Origin: Lachnospiraceae bacterium
GTDB lineage: Bacteria > Bacillota > Clostridia > Lachnospirales > Lachnospiraceae
DNA length: 64,000 nt
Assembly: GCA_030825115.1 (NCBI GenBank)
Contig: JAPJQL010000005.1
Coordinates: 2,068 to 66,067 of the forward strand
Direction: 5' to 3'
Under the pieces are notes generated by a model. It ran no database searches, was not told the DNA's origin, and saw nothing but the letters and a program-made list of their open reading frames with translations. Shown piece after piece: positions 55,298 through 64,000 of this stretch (its first letter is position 1; every line of letters starts with the position of its first letter). A program made the position numbers and the translations under genes.

Positions 55298-56386
55298 TTA
55301 CAGTACGCTCGCAGATACCCACGGATTTTTACTTCTAGGAATTAAGAGCGGGCGGCTTGTGACTTTGATCTCTCTGGACTCAGCCTTTACGTCTGCCGTG
55401 TACTTAGGAATACGGCGGCCGGTGTAGGTGTGGAACTCGCCGTCGTCCTGCTCGATCTGGGTAACTGCTCCATAGAGGCCGCGGCCTGCTGCCGGGGCTG
55501 TCATAATTACGGTACCAGCCGGGAGATATGGAACGATCTGACCGCTTTCGTCCTCGTAGGTCTCGTCGTAAGTGATAAGTTTTACCATGTGACCGTCTAC
55601 GTTCAGGATAGCAAAGCAGCAAGCTCCCTCCGGTAAATTCATAGGCTCGATAGTTCCGAGCATAATGCTGCGGTTGTCGAGGTATTTCTGGATTGTAGGA
55701 TCCTGCAGCACGATCTTTGAAACTCCTCGGGCCATTACGCACTCAGTAGCAGGGAGCCCGTTCTTTGTGAGCATGTAGATCATTTCAGAAAGATCTCCGT
55801 AAATGTCAGCGCCGGTTGCGTTCCATTTTACTGCCGGTGTGTACTTCGCCGGGTTGGCTGCTTCATCGTAGAAGCGGATCTCGTACTCCTCATAGTCTCC
55901 ACTGCCGTACTTATCGGCGTAGTGTCTCAGCACATAGCCGTTGTTGAGCATACACTGGGCCGCCATGTACTCCTCACGGCCTGAGATCATTGTGTCAAAC
56001 TCTGTCAGGTCTCTGTTGAGGATCTGGGCCTGTCTCTGCTGAGGTGTTACGTTCTGGAAGAGCTGCTCGCCGAACCCTTTCTTGTTGAGGTCGTCAATGG
56101 TGAGTGGCCTCTGCGGAGCGATAAACGGCGGCACATAACTGAATGTCTTATAACCCTCGCGCTCGATAGTGATACCGCCCTTTCGAGGCATTACGCAGGG
56201 TGCGATCTTCTTGCTGCCGTTTCTGTACTCGACGAGGACCTCCTCACCCGGGAAAATGTCCTCAGACACTCCGTTGACCGGGGCGGTAGTAGGGAAGTAG
56301 CGATCTCTTAAAAATGTTCTGTGTGTAGGCATTGCCTGAATTGCCGCCAGCATAGTGACGGTTCTGTAAATTAACGGTGTAGGCAT
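55298..56386 (-). CDS. Major capsid protein (lambda E-like)
   Basis: FLRDRYF, REEYMAAQ, SRPL motifs. Confidence 0.9.
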   Translation of the reverse strand: MPTPLIYRTVTMLAAIQAMPTHRTFLRDRYFPTTAPVNGVSEDIFPGEEVLVEYRNGSKKIAPCVMPRKGGITIEREGYKTFSYVPPFIAPQRPLTIDDLNKKGFGEQLFQNVTPQQRQAQILNRDLTEFDTMISGREEYMAAQCMLNNGYVLRHYADKYGSGDYEEYEIRFYDEAANPAKYTPAVKWNATGADIYGDLSEMIYMLTKNGLPATECVMARGVSKIVLQDPTIQKYLDNRSIMLGTIEPMNLPEGACCFAILNVDGHMVKLITYDETYEDESGQIVPYLPAGTVIMTAPAAGRGLYGAVTQIEQDDGEFHTYTGRRIPKYTADVKAESREIKVTSRPLLIPRSKNPWVSASVL

Positions 56387-56405
56387 TTCGATTGTCCTCC
56401 TTTTC

Positions 56406-56780
56406 TTACATAGCAGAGTCGAGGAAAATGCCACCGTTGCGGAGCGCTGCCTCGTCTGCTTCTGTGATAGTGTAGTCGTCGTCAACGATAAGGGCCTCTC
56501 TGTTGAAATGGCCGGATCTGTACGCTGTTGTAAATGCGTCGGCGCTTGTTGCGTCTATCTCGTCGCAGAGAACGCCGAACGGTGTGAGCGTCTCACTTTC
56601 TCCGGCTGCTGTGCCGAGAATAACGCATTTTTTTGTTTTGCTGCTCATTGCAACGACTGTGCCGCGCGCGAGAACTCCTTCTCCGCTCGCGATTGTGACG
56701 CCCACGGCGTCAACCGGGAACTTGCCGTCAATAAAAAGATTGTCAGCGTCGCAAGCTCCAATTTTCTGATCTGCTCTCAT
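56406..56780 (-). CDS. Head decoration protein (lambda D-like)
   Basis: LARGTV, YRSGHFN, LRNGGIFL. Confidence 0.82.
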   Translation of the reverse strand: MRADQKIGACDADNLFIDGKFPVDAVGVTIASGEGVLARGTVVAMSSKTKKCVILGTAAGESETLTPFGVLCDEIDATSADAFTTAYRSGHFNREALIVDDDYTITEADEAALRNGGIFLDSAM

Positions 56781-56793
56781 TGTGATACCCTCC

Positions 56794-58053
56794 TTATTTT
56801 GTTGGTGTTGTAGGTGCCGGAACTGCGCCACCGTTAGCGATCATAGCAGCGAGCTGGGCTACCCGAGCGTTTTCGTCGGCTGCCTGATCCTTTGGTGCAG
56901 GCGCTCCTGAGTTCGGTGTTGTGCCGACTCCGGCTGCTCCAGAGGCGGTAAAGTCGTCGGCGCTGTTCTGAATGTGCTGAGCTCCGAGCTGGGCCTGCTT
57001 TTTCATAGCCTTAAAAGCAAGCTCCTGAGCTGAGCAGGCTGTCGGTCCGTACTTGGCTTCTTTGATAAGCTCAGGATCTCCGACTGTTGCCTCGATCGTC
57101 TCGATTTCCTGCAGTCTGGAACGCTCGGCGGTTACGGCTTCGCTTGCCGCTGCCTCGCGGGCTGCGTTCTCAATCTGTGTTACGACGTCAGGGTACTGCT
57201 GTCTTAATTCTTCTGGTGTCATTTTGGTGTTACCTCCTTTTGGTTTATTTGTTGAAACGCTCTGAGTCGGAGCTGCTGGCTTCGATGTAGGCGTTTTAAC
57301 GCTGTTAATAATTGGCACATTGCCCGGGAAATTACGAAAACCTTTGAGAGAGTGCAGCACTCCGTTGACGATAATCTCGTCTTTTTCTGAGCTCATGCAC
57401 ATGCTTGTCTCGCAGCCCTCGCGGATCGAAGTACAAAAACCATTTTCGACAGCTTCGCGGCCAGTGTACCATGTTTCCTTCGCCATGATCTGTCGGATCT
57501 TCTCGGTTCCGAGGCCGGTTGCGGCGTCGTATGTTTCGGCTGCTGCCTTGTTGGCTGCTTCGAGTCTCTTATTTACCTCGAGCAGGGCCTTGTGGTTATA
57601 ATTTCCCACGAGTGTGAGCAGGGCCTCGTGTACCATGAAAAGGGCGCCCTCAGCGATTTCGCGAGTTTTGCAGCCCATAGCAATGATAGTGGCGGCGCTG
57701 GCCGCAATTCCGTCGATAACTGCAACGGTGTCACCGTTTAACTCTTTGAGTCTGTTGCAAATTCCGAGTGCGGTGTATAAGTCGCCGCCTACGGAGTTAA
57801 TTCGCACGGTGATTTTTGCCTTGTCCTTGACCTGAGCCAGATCCTCGAGAAAGCCTTCCGGTGTGATGTATAAGCCCTCGACCGGCTCACCGGTCCACCA
57901 GTCTGTCGGTCTCTGGCTCACAACTTCACCGTACATGGTGATCTCAGCCTCCTCGTCGCTTACGTCGACAATGTTCCAGAACTTCTGGGCTGCGCCGGCG
58001 GGTGGAGCTGCGGGGCCATTAAGAACTCGCAGCGGGATTGTCTGCTTTTGCAT
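56794..58053 (-). CDS. ClpP-like prohead protease with scaffold extension
   Basis: INSVGG, AASAAT, MVH, ETWY. Confidence 0.9.
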   Translation of the reverse strand: MQKQTIPLRVLNGPAAPPAGAAQKFWNIVDVSDEEAEITMYGEVVSQRPTDWWTGEPVEGLYITPEGFLEDLAQVKDKAKITVRINSVGGDLYTALGICNRLKELNGDTVAVIDGIAASAATIIAMGCKTREIAEGALFMVHEALLTLVGNYNHKALLEVNKRLEAANKAAAETYDAATGLGTEKIRQIMAKETWYTGREAVENGFCTSIREGCETSMCMSSEKDEIIVNGVLHSLKGFRNFPGNVPIINSVKTPTSKPAAPTQSVSTNKPKGGNTKMTPEELRQQYPDVVTQIENAAREAAASEAVTAERSRLQEIETIEATVGDPELIKEAKYGPTACSAQELAFKAMKKQAQLGAQHIQNSADDFTASGAAGVGTTPNSGAPAPKDQAADENARVAQLAAMIANGGAVPAPTTPTK

Positions 58054-59683
58054 GTTGTTGATCCTCCTTTAATGAATTTTGAAGTATAAGAGAGGCGATA
58101 GCCTGAGTAGCCTCAGCCTGAGCCTCCGGGGTGGTGCCGTTAGCTTCCGCGATCATTTCGTTTTCGCGTTTTAACTGGTTCATGTTGGCTTCCCACTGGC
58201 CGCCATTCAAGCGGATCGTACTCTGTTCGTGGGTGCTGTACCCGTGCTGGTTTGCAAGGATCTCGGCGCTGATTTCTTTCGTAGGATCGAGCTGTCCCTG
58301 AGACGGTCCGATCCAGTCACTCCCGAGCCATGCTGCGCGAATGAGCGGATCACTGAAAAAGCCGGGCGCCTGAATACGTCCGAGAGCTACGGCCTCAGAG
58401 AGCCAGATCTCGTAAATGGGTTTGCAAAAGTCATTAGCAAACCACTCTCGGCGCATTTTGAACGCTTTCCATGCTTCCAGCAGCGCGGCTCTACTTGCTG
58501 AGTACGAGGCGTTGAACGATTTCAGGAGCAGATCGGCAGGGATCTCCAGCGCGGCGCCGCATTGTTCGCAGAGTGCTCTAATAAAAGCAGAAAAACCGCT
58601 TGCCGGTCTTGTCGGTGCTGCGAACTTGATATCTTCTCCCGGCTTCATTACGTTAATTGTTCCGGGGCCCATTTCGTAATCGTCAGGATCCGAAGGCTCT
58701 ATCTCTGAGCCGTTTACTTCATTGAACGGCATTTCATCGGCGCCGGTGTCGGTTGTGACAAAAGCCGTGAAAAAGCTCTCGACAAGGGCGGCCATGAGCT
58801 CGCCCTCTGTGTAGCGTCTCATTTGCAGGAGCGGTTCAATGATCTGCGCCAGATATGTGACACCTCTGTATTGCTCAGGTCTTTCGGACTCCATGACATG
58901 CAGGACATTAGGGAGCCCGGTTTTTTCACCGTATGCCTCGACTCTGGTCCATTCAGTTTCGGCCGCCGCGATAATGTGCGGGTAGGTGTTGCGGAAATAA
59001 TACGCTTGTATCATTCCGTTGTCGTTAATCTCTACGCCGTCAAAGATCCGGTTCCCGTTTTTGGCTTTGCCTTCGGTGGAAAAGCAGTAGTACCCCGAGT
59101 TAATCAGCGGGGTGCTGCAACGGTCAGCCTCTACGAGCTGGATTCTGAGAGAGTACGGACACATAGGAGTCGGATCGACTCGCTTAATGAGCCCGAACAC
59201 GTCGCCGCTCATTAGCCAGCTCATAAGCGCGAGCTGCTGCATTGCGTAATAGTCATTTACTCCGGTAGCGTCGCAGGCATTTTTCTTTTCGGCCCAGATT
59301 TTGAACTCGGCCTCTGTTTTTTTCTGCCATTCTTTTGCAGCTTCCTGAGACATTCCCAGACGTTCGGCGTCTATGCGGCTATTTAATTTCAGGCCGCAGC
59401 CTATGACGTTTGTGCGGTTGGTCTTAATGGCAGAAGTAGCAACCGGCGCGGCCATATACAGCATGCGAGCGCGCTGCCTTAGCGTGTCATTGTTGTGGTC
59501 TATATCCCATTGAGGGGAGGAGCTGCTGGCCTTGAAACTTTTCAGCGCCTTTTTCTTCCAGCTTGCGCCGGCCTCTGAATATCCATAGTTTGAAGCTCGC
59601 GGGGCTGCTGATCCCGGACGGGCTTCGGGTGTTGCCGCCTGAGCAGGTGGCCCTTGTGTTTTGCTTGGAGTTATTTGCTGCAT
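58019..59683 (-). CDS. Portal protein (lambda family)
   Basis: SYSASRAALLE and DPTKE motifs. Confidence 0.92.
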   Translation of the reverse strand: MQQITPSKTQGPPAQAATPEARPGSAAPRASNYGYSEAGASWKKKALKSFKASSSSPQWDIDHNNDTLRQRARMLYMAAPVATSAIKTNRTNVIGCGLKLNSRIDAERLGMSQEAAKEWQKKTEAEFKIWAEKKNACDATGVNDYYAMQQLALMSWLMSGDVFGLIKRVDPTPMCPYSLRIQLVEADRCSTPLINSGYYCFSTEGKAKNGNRIFDGVEINDNGMIQAYYFRNTYPHIIAAAETEWTRVEAYGEKTGLPNVLHVMESERPEQYRGVTYLAQIIEPLLQMRRYTEGELMAALVESFFTAFVTTDTGADEMPFNEVNGSEIEPSDPDDYEMGPGTINVMKPGEDIKFAAPTRPASGFSAFIRALCEQCGAALEIPADLLLKSFNASYSASRAALLEAWKAFKMRREWFANDFCKPIYEIWLSEAVALGRIQAPGFFSDPLIRAAWLGSDWIGPSQGQLDPTKEISAEILANQHGYSTHEQSTIRLNGGQWEANMNQLKRENEMIAEANGTTPEAQAEATQAIASLILQNSLKEDQQHAKADNPAASS

Positions 59684-59696
59684 GGTTTTCGCCTCC

Positions 59697-59945
59697 TTAC
59701 CAGTCGCGAGGGACGACTCCGACGGCCCTGCGCTGTGATTTGTTTTCGAGCGACGCGATCTCGTCCTCCATTTCCTTGATTGCTTTGCGGATAGCTGAGA
59801 GATCTGTCTGGTATCTGGTGGCGTTTCGTGTTCCTATACCATAGGACTGAACGCCGCCGCTGAGCATTTCCTCCTCGCGCTTATAGTAAAGCTCGAGGCG
59901 AGTCTTTAATTTGCTGATTTTTTCAGCCTTTTGTTGCTGCCTCAT
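59697..59945 (-). CDS. gpW-like head-tail protein
   Basis: QSYGIGTR; between terminase and portal. Confidence 0.75.
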   Translation of the reverse strand: MRQQQKAEKISKLKTRLELYYKREEEMLSGGVQSYGIGTRNATRYQTDLSAIRKAIKEMEDEIASLENKSQRRAVGVVPRDW

Positions 59946-59956
59946 GGTTCACCTCC

Positions 59957-61849
59957 TTACCAGTCGTCGTACAGTTTCGAGCCGCTGGAGCGTTTTTTCT
60001 TTTCTTTTTTCTCGACGGTTTTCAGCGGTTGGCCTTTGAGGCGCCTTTCTACTGCCGTGAGATCTGGATCCAGTATTCTGAAGGCTGCCATTGCATAGTT
60101 GCGGCAGTCGAGAGCCTCGTTGCGGTTATGTCCCGGCAGCTTCTCCCATTGCCATTTGTCGCCGCGTCTGGTTCGGACGAGCGACAGCTTTTCAGATAGC
60201 AAGCCAGAAAAGAAAAGAGAGTCATAACCGCGATCCTCTCCGAGTGGAAAGTGGCAGTATTTGGCTCCCTTTTCTTGAACTTTAATGGCGTTCATTATTT
60301 TACTTTTTCCAGCGTCTACTCCCAGAGTGTAGAGCCAGCACTTGCCGATCAGCTTGCCGTCTATGACGATCTTCACCTTTGAAGGTGGGGCGGTGTATGG
60401 TATACCGTCGCCGCCTTTTCCTTTTATGGCAAAAACACGCTTGTTTTGTCGGGCCTTGCACTCGGCGTATACCTCCTGCGTAAAGTGGCCGCCGGAGTCC
60501 ACGCATGTGAATGATACCTTTAGGCCCTTGCCATTCTTGAAGCGGTAAACATGGTCGATCACATCGTCGAGTCGAGCCCATACCTCTGAGGTATCAGGCC
60601 GGCCGTTGATAATTCCCTTTTTTATGCCCCACGTTTCGCCGTAGAGCCCATGCCCGACTACTTCATACTCGAGGCGGTTGTCCTGAGTATCAACTCCGAC
60701 GGTCAGCACCAGAACGTCGTCAGGGAGCTCAGCGTCGTATTGTTCGCGCCGGCTGAGCATTGCGTCCTCGTCCTCTAAATCTCCGCGATCCTCCCACAAC
60801 TCACCGAGTAGGGTGTTGAATACAACCTTCAATTTTTCAGGATCGCCCTGAGCCTCGAGGAACTTCGTGACGATTTTCTCCCACGGAGTCCACGGAGACG
60901 AAAAAGCATTAAGCCAGAAAGAGCGGTGCCCTTTTAGGTATGCGTCCGGGTTCTCGGCGATCCATTTCGCCGGCTGCTTTTTCATGGTTGCTTCTGTCTG
61001 AATACAGCCGCAGCTCGGGCACACCCATGTTATCGACTTGACCTTGTAGGCTTTTTTATTTCGTACCTTTTTGACTTCATGCTCAAAATGGATATTGTCG
61101 AAAACAATATTGTGATACTCCCCGCAATCCGGGCATTTATGGCACCAGCGTTCCTGAGTGCCGGCAAAAAATCCGTTTTCAATGTTGCTGGCTCCCTTAA
61201 TTGTCGGGGTTGATACCTCGATCGACTTCGCGTTGTAGAAGGTTGTCTGTCTTGCCTCTGCCAGAGCCCACGGATCGCCCTCAGTTCCTGCGCTGGACGC
61301 CCAGCGGTCGCGCTCGTCTCCGATGATGTAGCGGGCTGGAGTAGAAGCAAGGGCACTCGGGCTGTTGGATCCGGTGATCGTCAACATGCCGCCCGGGAAA
61401 GATTTCTGCAAAATTGTATTGCCGGAGTCTCTCGTTTTGACGTCCGAGACCTTTTTCCGCAGAGGCTTCGAGTCTCTTATCATCGGAGCGATACGCAAGC
61501 GCGAGAACTTCCGGGCGTCGTCGAGAGTAGGCTGCACATAAATCGTAGATCCCGGATCCTGATCTATTATGTAGCCGATTATATTGAGCTCTACCTCGGA
61601 TTTTCCAACCTGAGAAGCAGCTACAACGGTTAGCTTGTTGACTTTGGGATCCGTGAAGGCGTCCATTATGTCGACAAGGTACGGTGTTCGCTCATTCCTC
61701 CACGGGCCTGCCTCTGCTGAGCTTTCAGGAGATAAGCGGCGGTTTTTCTCAGCCCACTGGGACACTGTGAGGCGCTCGGGTGGTTTGAAATTCTTAACAG
61801 CTCGAACGAACGTATTGTTTAAGCTGTCAATTTCATTCTGCCTGCTCAT
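59957..61849 (-). CDS. terL: Terminase large subunit (lambda gpA family)
   Basis: SQVGKS, DERD, STPT, GVDTQ, NEALDC. Confidence 0.95.
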   Translation of the reverse strand: MSRQNEIDSLNNTFVRAVKNFKPPERLTVSQWAEKNRRLSPESSAEAGPWRNERTPYLVDIMDAFTDPKVNKLTVVAASQVGKSEVELNIIGYIIDQDPGSTIYVQPTLDDARKFSRLRIAPMIRDSKPLRKKVSDVKTRDSGNTILQKSFPGGMLTITGSNSPSALASTPARYIIGDERDRWASSAGTEGDPWALAEARQTTFYNAKSIEVSTPTIKGASNIENGFFAGTQERWCHKCPDCGEYHNIVFDNIHFEHEVKKVRNKKAYKVKSITWVCPSCGCIQTEATMKKQPAKWIAENPDAYLKGHRSFWLNAFSSPWTPWEKIVTKFLEAQGDPEKLKVVFNTLLGELWEDRGDLEDEDAMLSRREQYDAELPDDVLVLTVGVDTQDNRLEYEVVGHGLYGETWGIKKGIINGRPDTSEVWARLDDVIDHVYRFKNGKGLKVSFTCVDSGGHFTQEVYAECKARQNKRVFAIKGKGGDGIPYTAPPSKVKIVIDGKLIGKCWLYTLGVDAGKSKIMNAIKVQEKGAKYCHFPLGEDRGYDSLFFSGLLSEKLSLVRTRRGDKWQWEKLPGHNRNEALDCRNYAMAAFRILDPDLTAVERRLKGQPLKTVEKKEKKKRSSGSKLYDDW

Positions 61850-62423
61850 CGTCCTCGATCATAGCCCAGCCCTGCCGATCCTTTACCCGCTTTTTATACT
61901 CCTCTGGATCGTAGTGGTACTGGGAGAGTGACAGAAGGATCTCGTTTACCTCCTCTTGTATTCTGGCAGAAGTTTCGGCCGGACTTGCAAGCTCCGCGGT
62001 ATCAACCGCAAGCCGTCCCGGCATAGCCATTAACATGCTGCGGATATTAAAAACGAGGTCCGTCGTGATAGCTTCGACGTCCTCAGCTCTGTGCATGGTT
62101 CCTTCAAGTTCGGCGAGCTGGAGCTCTGCGACTCTGGCCTTTGCGCTTTTTATATCTACCTCAGCCTGCAGCTTGTCGGTCTCCAGCTTATCGTTTTGAG
62201 CTGACGCTTTGCGATCGAGCTGCGTGCGCAGGTATCTGATGTAGTCCTTCGTTGCCTCGCCGACATTGTACCGGCGGCCGGCCGGTGTGTCGTGAGTTTT
62301 CAGAACTCCGTCTTGTGTGAGCTGCTGGATCCTCCGGGCGGTCAACTCAAACAGTTCGGCCATTTTTGTTGTCGGCCAGTAGCCCGGAGTCTCGGCCGGT
62401 TTTTCTTTTCGTGGTGTTGCCAT
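61833..62423 (-). CDS. terS: Terminase small subunit (Nu1-like)
   Basis: Winged-HTH N-terminus (LTARRIQQL), coiled coil. Confidence 0.88.
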   Translation of the reverse strand: MATPRKEKPAETPGYWPTTKMAELFELTARRIQQLTQDGVLKTHDTPAGRRYNVGEATKDYIRYLRTQLDRKASAQNDKLETDKLQAEVDIKSAKARVAELQLAELEGTMHRAEDVEAITTDLVFNIRSMLMAMPGRLAVDTAELASPAETSARIQEEVNEILLSLSQYHYDPEEYKKRVKDRQGWAMIEDDEQAE

Positions 62424-62863
62424 GCCTTGCCTCCTTCCCGGCGTAACGAAACGGCCTAAAATTTTTCTATGAGTCTAGCAAGTTTTTGGGCTCGCAAGCA
62501 CCGCAGGGAAAAATTAAGCTCGAAAGGACCCGTGAAAATTTTTTTATTTTCTTTTGCCGGGTGCCCGGCGTTCGTGTTCTTTTTCGCTTGCGTTTCTCTG
62601 CGGTGTTGGTGCGCCGACTCGGCGCGCGAGTGGTGACTTGCCTCGGCTTGCCCGGGCCTGCTGCCGGGGCTACGCCTCTGGTGTGGCGTGACCTTTGGGT
62701 GTGATCCATGTCCGGGCCAGCTTGCCGCGCCTGATGTGGTGGCTCAGTCTTAGAGTGCTGAGCATATAGAAAGAGGCCAGCCGCTCGCATGGTGTGGAGT
62801 GGTGGCCTCTGGTTCTCTGGTGGTGTATGGTGCCCGTGTGGCTGCGTGTGTGCCCCGTAGAGC

Positions 62864-63475
62864 TCACCCCTGAGCTTTGGCGAGCATTTGCTTGACGTGG
62901 TTCTCCAGTCGCTTGCTGAGGCCCTCGTCAATGTTCTGCTGTATGAGTGGCTGCACCTTTTCGTTTTCAATCATCTGCGGCACACTCAATGTCTTTATGC
63001 TCTTGATAGGGTAGCGGCTTTCGCTTTCCCTCTGGAATGGTATCTGTGTAGAGCCCTCGCCTCCTGAGCTGGCAAGGAATACGCCGGCCGGCAGGTTCTT
63101 CCGCTGGCCCTTGAATACTTCCTGACTTACTCGGTATGGCTTCGGCTTCCGCTGGGTGGGCTTCATTTTGAAATGCGTCGGAGTCAGGGCTCGGCCCTTG
63201 TATGTTAATACAACGGACTCGACGAGGTTGCCCTCGACTTTGAGCTGGCCGCCGCCTTTTCCTTTGCCGTCAAGCGCCGCCTTTACGTCAGCCTTCTTGA
63301 TAGCGTAAACCTCGCACACGGCAGCAGATACCCACGCCTGCGCTCGGCTCTTTGCGTCTGAGGTGCATTTCTTTATTACCTTTTCAGCGTCTACCCCTGC
63401 AATATTGTCCAGCGTTTTGACGAGCTCCTCATAATTTGACAGCATACAAGTGGTTGTTCCTCTGGTGGCTGCCAT
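62864..63475 (-). CDS. Minor tail protein Z-like
   Basis: RYPIK...SVPQM motif. Confidence 0.65.
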   Translation of the reverse strand: MAATRGTTTCMLSNYEELVKTLDNIAGVDAEKVIKKCTSDAKSRAQAWVSAAVCEVYAIKKADVKAALDGKGKGGGQLKVEGNLVESVVLTYKGRALTPTHFKMKPTQRKPKPYRVSQEVFKGQRKNLPAGVFLASSGGEGSTQIPFQRESESRYPIKSIKTLSVPQMIENEKVQPLIQQNIDEGLSKRLENHVKQMLAKAQG

Positions 63476-63566
63476 GTGTGATCGCCTCCTCTCAGCCTGA
63501 AAACGGCAGCAAAAAACCGCCCGATTTTCTCGCGCGGTTTCTTTACCCATTTATTGCATTGTAAAA

Positions 63567-63624
63567 ATTATAACACGGCTCAATTTCAAAGTAAATTGCA
63601 TCTTTTTTGCACCGGTAAATTGCA
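63567..63624 (-). promoter_or_regulatory. Putative late promoter of prophage 2
   Basis: TGCAATTTAC twice (63591, 63615) upstream of TGTTATAAT. Confidence 0.6.
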
Positions 63625-63648
63625 CGCTCAGCCTGCTGCCGGCGGCGG

Positions 63649-64000
63649 CTAATCAATGGCGGCCGTGCCATATAAACGGACGGAGAGGCTCTTAATAAGG
63701 CGCTGGCGGTTCCTCCAGACGGTTGTCGCGTCGCAGCCCAGTGACTCAGCAATGGCCTCGTTGTCAAGTCCCTCGAAGTAGCGGCCGCTTACTGACTCAT
63801 AATACGGATCTGGTTTGATGATTTCGAGAGCCTCCTCGAGAACATCGACTTCGTGCTGATCCGACTCAATGCAGGCCTGCTTGTCTTTGATAATGGCCTC
63901 GAGAGCCTCCTCTGGATCCATGCGGGTGCTACTCTTTGAAAATCTGGTGATCGACTTGCTTCTCGCTGGGGTTCCGTAGGTTCTCAGCTCCTCGATCTTT
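63649..64000 (-). CDS. Late activator (sigma-70 region 4-like HTH), 5' partial
   Basis: RYFEG...IAESLGCDATTVWRNR. Confidence 0.75.
   Translation of the reverse strand, partial: KIEELRTYGTPARSKSITRFSKSSTRMDPEEALEAIIKDKQACIESDQHEVDVLEEALEIIKPDPYYESVSGRYFEGLDNEAIAESLGCDATTVWRNRQRLIKSLSVRLYGTAAID

Larger units (their letters stand above)
37084..64000 (-). mobile_element. Prophage 2 (lambda-like head, contractile tail, DGR); continues beyond the window
   Basis: Terminase, portal, ClpP, capsid, sheath, tube, baseplate, fibre and lysis genes, all on the minus strand. Confidence 0.93.

Noticed and set aside
62430..62860. cos site or ORFs upstream of terS
   Set aside because: Position fits a packaging site, but the cut sequence cannot be defined from sequence alone; overlapping ORFs look spurious
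46960..63490. Recurrent GGAGGCGATC(AC) motif on the minus strand
   Set aside because: Consistent with an extended Shine-Dalgarno sequence before start codons

Overview
The window holds two tandem prophages from a Firmicutes host, probably Clostridia/Lachnospiraceae-like (inference). Prophage 1 (<1 to ~37083, mostly + strand) is a siphovirus. It runs from the ImmA/ImmR-like switch through recombination and replication genes with an iteron origin, a TerS-TerL fusion, head and tail genes and lysis genes, and ends at a tRNA 3'-fragment att site. Prophage 2 (~37084 to >64000, - strand) has a lambda-like head and a contractile tail. It carries a complete diversity-generating retroelement (DGR): tail-fibre target with VR, then avd, TR and RT. 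Across 129 bp, all 17 TR/VR mismatches fall on TR adenines. I also see a post-VR hairpin and a 12-bp inverted repeat flanking TR. Other notable points: a MuF-type minor capsid protein with a JAB-like C-terminal domain and a candidate immunity ORF, a tail protein with a ~1100-aa Ig/BspA-LRR adhesin extension, a frameshifted tape-measure gene, a tRNA-like RNA with a 5-nt anticodon loop, a candidate type I toxin-antitoxin moron, and a candidate structured ncRNA. All family calls come from motifs and synteny read by eye; no searches were run.
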